This document shows, piece by piece, positions 55,725 through 64,000 of a stretch of DNA of 64,000 bases. The translations under genes were made by a program, and so were the position numbers. The stretch comes from Botryllus schlosseri (lineage: Eukaryota): positions 25,484,001 through 25,548,000 of the forward strand of contig CM119372.1 in NCBI GenBank assembly GCA_051294905.1. The letters run 5' to 3'. Numbering within the stretch: the stretch's first letter is position 1; every line of letters starts with the position of its first letter. The notes beneath the pieces were generated by a model that was given only the letters and a program-made list of their open reading frames with translations, was not told the DNA's origin and did not search any database.

Positions 55725-58335
55725 ATATATCAGAACCTATAATCTGAAAATAAATCATGGTTACAATATCTACTGCATCATCGCAGTCTCTGAGGAAATG
55801 TCTGTTTCCTTACTTACCCTGACTTACAAGTGCAAGGTGAATCAATACTACATTTTCTGAGATATTTCCATTGGGTGTGGTATCTCACTTTTCTGCAAAT
55901 TGTGATAACATTGGCTGTTCACAATAGAATATTGCTTCCACAATAAGAGAGGATTGTCTCCTCAATCTTTATCCCTCGTGTACGTAGCCTTCCATCAAAT
56001 ACTTCGTAGATTTCTCCGCGGAGGTAAAATAAAATACTGTTCCACTCAAATCCAAAAATCCGATAGATTCTCCATGTAGCTTTCAATCAATATCATCATC
56101 ATATCATCAATATACGCCAAAATTGTGCTGTGTGGCAGCAGCTATATTTTTCTACCATATATTTCTGAACACGAGATAAGCTTGAAAATTTTGCTCGTGA
56201 CTTGAGCCTATGAAATCGTCAAAATACGCATTACCACAATCTTGTAGTATAGTATACAACAATCGTTGCTTATAATCCGAAAAATTGTCAAAACTCCATG
56301 CATTTGGACACACCATGCTGATGCGTGCTTGCCACCATTCAAGTTTATTCTAGGTTAGAACACTGTAAAAACATACTAGCTATGCGTTATTACCATTCAT
56401 CAAAGCCAGCTATCCCCAATTCAATGTCATTTTGCTAAAAATCTTCATTTTTCACCCTTTCTCCATAAGAGCTCATTGTAAGTTTGCCCGGGCTTGATCT
56501 TTGTTTACATCCTGCTGCAACCTGATTGGTCCGTGTCAAAGGTCACGTAAGTGTCTATTGTTTCCTCATTATAAGTACGACATTTGAGCTGCATTGCTGC
56601 ATTTCCCGATAAAAGTTAGCATTGATGCCTTGTTAGAGTAATGAATATGCGCACTATGCGTATGGATGACTTTCAATTCGCAGGCATACACAAACACACT
56701 GTCCTATTTCGCGCTCCAATTAAAAAGACTATCATGAAACTAAATCAAGAATTATTTTGTAAACGAATATGCGCACAAATACAATTTAATTGAGAGAAGT
56801 GGAACGTGAATTCGCTCGTCTGGTACAGAGAGGAGATAGTGTCACGTGTGTCGAAATCGACGTCGTAAACGAGGTCGCTTCGATTTTATTCGATTACTAA
56901 TCACGGATTACAATGTATTGGGACGTTTTAAGCACTACTTTAAGCTGCGTATTCAATTATTCGCGCGCGAATCGGTTAATAGTAAATAGTTGGCACTTAC
57001 GCGATATCACGGACTCGCTAATTGACAGGGCGGACGGCGGGCGTTTAAGCATTTTGTATGGGGTGGCCGCCACCCCATAATTATGTCATTGGGTGGCTGA
57101 GCCACTCCGCCACCCCGTAACTCGGCGCCTATGACCTTTCATATATGATGTCATAACATTTTGACGCAAAAACGTATTTTGCAATATTATGCAACACAGA
57201 TACCAGAGGAAAACGATGGAAGTTCTGTAGTGGTTGAAAATAAGACAAAATAAGGACGCAAGTCGAAAATAAGGACAGTTGAGTTTTCTAAGACGTGGCC
57301 CTTAAAAATAAGGACAAATCTTAGAAATAAGGACGGTATGGCAACCCTGTATATTAGTACTATGAAAGGCAGGGTATAGTATAGACGGGAGGCTCGATAT
57401 AACAGAGTCATTATAGTTGAGCCACCCAGACAGGAAACAAATAAACCAGCGAACAAACGTTATGGAGTCTTGCACTGCTACAAAATGATCGGACTACACC
57501 GTATTAACAACGGCATTGGCGTATGGCCGTAGACGAATGAACGAAGTAGAAAGGCGGATGGTATGTGTTCGCTGTCCGTTCCGTCATTCATTCATTTCGT
57601 TCAAAGCACTACAGGATTGGGATACCACTAAAAGATAGGAAGCAGTCGAAACGACTTGGAATAGGGCTGTTTTTACATTTTTATACAGAAAACTGAGATT
57701 CCTATGAATATCCCGTTTTTTGCTCCTATCTTCGGATTCAACCAACGAAAAATTTCGAACGTTTTGCACAGTCGTCATGAACTAACTGAGTGTCAATACT
57801 TTCCACAGTTGATTGAACACGTAATACAAAAGCAAACGATCGGCATTCCGATCCTCTACGGATGGCAGCTTCTGTTATGTTTTTTTGCTCTCTTGATTTG
57901 ACGTCATATATACAGAGCATATTCTTCCGCCACCGAGATCTCGTCTGGTTGGCATCGGTCAGCGCTGCTTTACACTTGATGCTTTTCTCGAGCGATTCGT
58001 GTGCTAAATTTAGACCGCAAATAAAAATAGATGAATAGTGCGGGTATGTTTGAAGGTAGCATGCGTACTGACGAGTTATTTATTTTGGTTTGGTGGTATG
58101 TTCACATTGATTGCTGAGATGTCAAATCGGGGAATTGAAGTTCGATGAGACGTTTTGATTGATGAATTGTTTCACTTTCTACAATTGTCTCAAATTGATG
58201 ATAAATTTTTTCGCCATTGCGGTTGGTGTTACGCCGCTACGATTGTATTGTGTGAAAAGATTCATTTGTTGCATTCTTATACAAGCCGATTTGGCACTGA
58301 GATAGTTAAGTAGTGAACTGTAGCTAAACTATACG

Positions 58336-58680
58336 TTCAGTTCAGTTCAGTTTATTAAGAATTTTCATAATTTCAAAACACAAGACTGTGATACTATGAA
58401 AAGATAGGAAGGTGTCGAAACGACTTGGAGTAGTCTTTGAAATCAGACATTCACCCAGGTCTGAGGCAATGTAAAGAGGAGGCATGCACACTGAATGAAG
58501 AGTAAAAGATAATAAAAATGGACATGCAACAAAATGAGGCAGCTTGTGAGGGAAGGTAGGATCGATATGTCAGGTCGTGGTCCGTTGCTATGTTTTAGGA
58601 TGACATTAGATGTTCATACTCGATTTCAGAGAGAACTGCTAATGGCGCTTCGAAGGCTTCAGATTTTATTGTAGTTTTGT
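58336..58680 (-). mobile_element. LINE/SINE 3' tail fragment with (TGAAC)n tail
   Basis: The motif CTACTCCAAGTCGTTTCGACACCTTCCTATCTTTT is shared with about 21125, 40685 and 57625, and ends in short tandem repeats. Confidence 0.5.
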
Positions 58681-59128
58681 TTCTTTCTGGAAAATATACA
58701 CATATAATCCCTAATATATTCCGTTTTTCACTAGCTCTAGCAAATGTCATGAGTAAATGTTGTCAGCCGAATTCAATCAATAGGATTTTATCGCTATGAG
58801 TGGATGACAATTGACAATGACAGCAAGTGTGATTATTTTTTAGAATCTTTTTTACAAGCAGAATTGTCTTTGTGTCGTAGATGTTGCACTGTCTGCAAAC
58901 TCCTCATCTTACATTTTGCAGCATTAGCTTGTGCTTTTAGGTGGTAGCCTACATTGTCAACTTGCTGTGAATCATACACCATTAAGTCAAATAATTAGGT
59001 TAATACGGTGTGATAGTCAACCAAACTACACGTGGGTCCTAATTCATTTTACAATGAGGATGTGTTGGTAAACCTACCGAAAGTGCGACTATCAACCAGC
59101 CTCTCAAAAAGATGGGGAGTTCCAACAT

Positions 59129-59425
59129 ATGATTAAAGAAACTCACTCCGATATCTCAAATCTGAATCTGAAACAAATGTGCGTGGATATCGAGTCCTAT
59201 ATCAAAAACAGCAGGATGAACAAACAACTCCACGATGTAGACAACCTTGTCAGTATGAAGCAACAGAGTGTGTCACAAGCAATATGCGCTGAACTTCAGC
59301 GCTGCCAGCCAACAACTGCTACTGTTAATCGTTCTTTCTCCATTCTTTCCAAGCCACTTCTTAGGGACACACAGTTTGTATCATTTTCATTATATTGCTA
59401 TCTTGTGGTTCTTTTGAATCGTTAA
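59129..59425 (+). pseudogene. Transposase C-terminal remnant (hAT dimerisation-like)
   Basis: QPTTATVNRSFSIL resembles the hAT PxTS.xVERSFS motif. Confidence 0.4.
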
Positions 59426-62400
59426 AATTTCAATAAATGATTGGCTGAATGACCATCTGAAAATGTAGCAAAGTGTCTCTAGTTTTAGTGACGTGTGTGA
59501 ATAAATTTCGAATTTTCATACAATGTTGCATAACTCAACTGCAGGATTTTGTCATAAGTCAAAATTTTGTCAAAAAAAGTGTTTTAATGTCAAAAACTGT
59601 CAAAGTATTTAATTTTTTGGGCAAAATTTTTGTTTTTCAAGTCGAAAAATAATAGATCCGATGCCCTTAATGATGACAAATAAGCCGGCTTGGGAATGGC
59701 GTGTGACATCCCGTCATTTATGTGTACAGGAAATTATTCGTTTGCGTCTTTGACACCCACACCATATTGAGTCACACCCATGACCATGGACCAGCCACAT
59801 TTCCAGTGGCCCTAAATCAATGCATATCACTGGCTTTGGTTGATGCTAAATCAGAAGGATTATGAATATGCCATTTCACACTTTAAAGAGTGAGGGCGAG
59901 TAGTAGTGATGATCTGTGGTGTAAAACCATGGCTGGCACAATAGTAGAGTGAGTCTAGTGACTAATGATATATTTGAAGATCATTTAATTTTGCAGTTCA
60001 AAGCTATGATCACTGGCCACTATTATATCACAAACCCAATTTGATTATATTTCCAAAACTTTGAGAGGTGCACCGCTATATTTTGAAAATGAAAAGTGGG
60101 CCCCAGGACAACTATAAAAAGCCTAAAAACCGCTGTCATATAATGTCTAATGATGGCATTCTATATTATTGATGAAATTAACTAATTCATTCACAATCAC
60201 TTCATACTTGATAAATAATACCTTTTGAGACAACTATCATCATTATTTTATGTACAGGAGTATGAGCGTGCTTGCTAAATAAGTTGAAATCGCCGAAAAG
60301 TTAAGGGAAAATTATTATATTATATTACTTATATTATATAATATTACATATAAAATGCTTGCTGCTCACATTCACATCTATCAATAATACATAAAGCATA
60401 ACCGAATACCAGTATGAAATGTGTGCATTTTACAAAATTCCCAATTATTTATTGGCCCCTTTTGAACTTTTATTCATTGTGCATAAATTTACTTCTATAT
60501 ACAAAGTAAATTGACCTAGTTCTTTTTCATGTTTTCAATGGAACATTTCGTTCTCTAAGTAGCGGAATTAACAAATTTCATCAATGTAGTAATTGTAGTA
60601 TATGTGTCATTAGCAGAATATTATAAATAATATTTTCTATACTGCTATATCTCATAGTTAATGCGATAGCATTTTTGATCGCTTTTTAGCTCATATTTAT
60701 GGGAATGTCAGGTTCAAAACTTCATGTTCAGAACCAGAAGCGCTATCGTTAAGGGAGTGATTTAGCGTTTATTCTTCACTTAACCTCATATTGGATTAAG
60801 CATGGAGTCTCAGCTCTGAAATATACTCAATTGATAATTGCAAGGAATGAGAAAGCCGCCACCGTACCAGTTAATTAATCTTAATGTGTACAATACAATC
60901 TGTTTAGAATTGCTGCATGAAAAAGCTGCTTTAGAGTCTGCTTACACTAGCTATCCTTCAAGGGGAATTTTCAAATGTAGATTATCATTCCACTTCTTAA
61001 CAAGTTTCAATCTCAATGTAAATAAGTACAGTATTCAAATATGTTTCTGGAATTATGCCAGTACAATTAGGGGTTGATAGTTTTGTTTCATGCAGGCGCT
61101 GGTATGTTATGCTGGTGAAAGTATACGCAAATGCGGAATTCTAATTTCGTCAACTGTATCACCATAAATATAGGCATATATTAATATACGTTTTTCTAAA
61201 AATATCGAAAGCGTTGGTGTAGCGCATTTGAGAATAGCTGTGTGATCTTTGCATCGTTGTGTCCTTCCACAATAAAACAGCACTGCAATAGTGCATTGCG
61301 AATCGTGCACAGACGTCGACATTGTTCGTAGTACGCGTCATGTACTCACAGCTTGATCAATCGTGCGCTGAATGTATTGATAGCAGTCGTTAACCCTTTC
61401 GGCCATGGTAGTGCGCGGCTATTAATACCGACGCGCTGTTTCCGAGAACTAAATTTTTGTCAATGAATGTAAGAACGTATCACAGTACATTGCATATTGA
61501 TTCGAAGCTTGTTTGTAGCATGAGAACTTCTTCGCTAATATTTGATGTTCGAGTTTGTTTTCCCGTTCAAATGAGAATGAATCCATGACACACGAACCTC
61601 GAACACTGTTCCCGAACTGCGTCTCGTCCAGAAATTAACCAAGCTCACACTGGTAGAGTCGGAATACTACGATTGGAATCCAGCATTCCCGGGGAATTTC
61701 ATAACGTCTGTCGTCATAGTTTCGTATGTAACCGCGAGCTAGATATTTTTAAATCCCTATTTTTAGAAATCGTGATATCGTGTATGTACCGCCCGCGATT
61801 CGAGTGTGTTTCACGTTGGCGGTTTACGTCGATAACAATGGGTTAATTGATCTACACGCGCTGAATTCGATCGTGGCTCGAATTTATGCGATGACTGGTG
61901 TGACGTCACAGCGATAGAATGATTCGTGAAAAGGCTAAATGCATCCGATTGCCAACGAGTGCAATAATTTAACGTCTGTCCTGAAGCTGTAGTCGTTTTT
62001 GGAGCCTTCCGTGACGCAGCACTCCGCCAGGCACGGGTCTGCGCTCGTACATTGTGGTTAACGGGCTATTCTCCGCATCCGTACCAGTGAAGTTAATTTT
62101 AGTATCTGTAGTGACGTTGGAAATTTTCGCCTCCGGCGCTTCGCGCGGGTATAGTGATTTTGCGGTACTGTCGCGTACGCGTACACCGTATTAGGAAAGA
62201 ATATACGGAAATGTCCTAGCCAAGTACACGTCGGCAAGACAATGAAATGTTGAGAAAATACGTTTGCCTATCATACAAGTTCCAAATTCAGCACGTTTTT
62301 AGCAGCGATATTACATGAAGTGACCGTCTCATTCTCAGTATTCCGTATCATTGCTATATCTATAATTCAACGCATTCAAAGTGACGGCAAACGCGGTTGC

Positions 62401-62689
62401 AAATAATAATTGAATAATATGTTCATTGTTCATATTCATATTATTCAATTGTATATTGAAGTTCAGTACCTCCAAGATGATTTTGAACTAATCTGTTCAA
62501 CGGCACAGTATATTTAATGTTAGGTTGCATTTTGTGGCGTGTTCACTGTTCACGAACGGCAGAAGTGATTTCGTTGCCTGAGTGCGTAAGCGTAATTTCG
62601 ATCCCATGTTAATAATGTTGTCAAACCGTTGACTTTTTAGGCTTTACCAGGGCTTCCTAAATTTCATATCATAGCGCTCATATAAATAG

Positions 62690-63106
<417 letters not shown>

Positions 63107-64000
63107 TAAGCGCGTATACTTGTTCCTGACCTGAAACCCGCAATTTTGAAACGCGAAATTAGAGGCCGCGCACTGATATTTAGGACGGCGCTCGCTTGAA
63201 GGTGGTGGCGTGCTTTTCGACCAGTAATTAACGCGCGCAATTTCGTTGATCGCGTGATATGGTATATTTAGCTTGAAGCTATTCAGTAATATAAAAATAC
63301 ATCGCGTACAGAAATAAACCCGACTTGCTGTGGAGCATTTTCAGCGTCTCGATCGTCGCTGGTTTTACCCCTGCTGTGAATTTACGTTGCTGTCACATTG
63401 CGGAATCTCCAACGTTTCCGGAAATGGGTTTCGCCCAATATTAGTCAGGGATTAGGCTGGACCTTTCTAGGCTCCATTGCCCTTCCGCAAGAATCCTCGC
63501 GCGTCTTACGGGAGTTCGTGGTCGTTCGGAACTATTTACTTTCTCGCGAACGTCGCATGACGATAATGTGCCTACGCGTGCTGATGACGCACGTTATGCT
63601 TGATAGGGCGCCAGTCAGCAGGGAATAGCTGACTGTGCTTAACCATCCGACTGCGGCTTCGACGTTCTGAGTGACCACGAAAACCTGTACCTGCCTAATC
63701 GATCCCATCACACTTGCCTTTGCTTGCTAAATTATTCAATACTGTAGGCCCAATGCTGTATATGTCAGGTAGATCTACGCACTTATATGCAGCATATTAA
63801 ATTTGCAATATAGCAACAGATATTGCTAAATGTTGAAATAATCTATCACACCGTCAGACCTGGCCGATTGATGGCAATTTATGTGCTCACTTTCTGTAGG
63901 CAGCGCACCTAACTTCCAAAGCCTGTTCATCGTCTTTGGAAGCATGCTGTGCAGCTGTTTTTTTAATATTCACCCATTAATAGGAAATGTTCATTTGGCT

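Larger units (their letters stand above)
52521..56556 (+). mobile_element. Degenerate ISL2EU/PIF-Harbinger transposon with ~245-bp TIRs
   Basis: Ends AT|AGACACTTACGTGACC...GGTCACGTAAGTGTCT|AT. Transposase remnants read RPRKLQIDGQLLL, MAEKGFAIE..LDFNIP and TRKMARHRIHIKQLIGRIKEYKIL (DDE_Tnp_4-like). Confidence 0.8.
49336..57133. mobile_element. hAT-type element (CATAGGCGCCGA TIR)
   Basis: Perfect 12-bp TIR and perfect 8-bp TSD ACCTTTCA. Confidence 0.88.
41378..57349 (-). mobile_element. Degenerate hAT element (CAGGGTTGCCAT TIR), outermost shell of the nested stack
   Basis: TIRs CAGGGTTGCCAT/ATGGCAACCCTG, with AAAATAAGGAC subterminal motifs at both ends and a near-TSD (TATATAGT/TATATTAG). A transposase N-terminal remnant lies at 41677-42171. 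Confidence 0.65.

Noticed and set aside
54960..56200. YqaJ-like exonuclease remnant expected in ISL2EU elements
   Set aside because: The sequence is too degraded to translate convincingly without a profile search.

Overview
This is an AT-rich metazoan genomic window. The host is an invertebrate, and the RLBP1-like N-terminus hints at an invertebrate chordate such as a tunicate, but this cannot be proven here. Two host genes point away from each other: a multi-exon CRALBP/RLBP1-like CRAL-TRIO gene (minus strand, about 4.8/6.3-17.0 kb) and the first two coding exons of MEF2 (plus strand, 62.7-63.0 kb). Between them sits an apparently intact 16,425-bp Polinton/Maverick (endogenous polintovirus/adintovirus) at 22506-38930. 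It has AGTAGT termini, ~295-bp TIRs and a perfect 6-bp TSD (CAGATC). It encodes pPolB, RVE integrase with chromodomain, packaging ATPase, adenain protease, major capsid protein and two basic core/lytic proteins. Its unusual features are three tandem divergent minor-capsid (penton) paralogs (one stripped to a 121-aa core), a divergently transcribed tandem OB-fold SSB-like gene, a duplicated bidirectional promoter, and several apparently spliceosomal introns or leader-splice sites in the pPolB/early region. The TIRs are also tiered, with homogenised outer and diverged inner parts. Downstream is a four-level nested stack of DNA transposons (hAT-type, TA-TSD and ISL2EU/Harbinger) at 41.4-57.3 kb. 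MITEs, SINEs, non-LTR remnants and a tRNA-Met pseudogene are scattered throughout. All family calls come from motif recognition by eye; no database searches were run.
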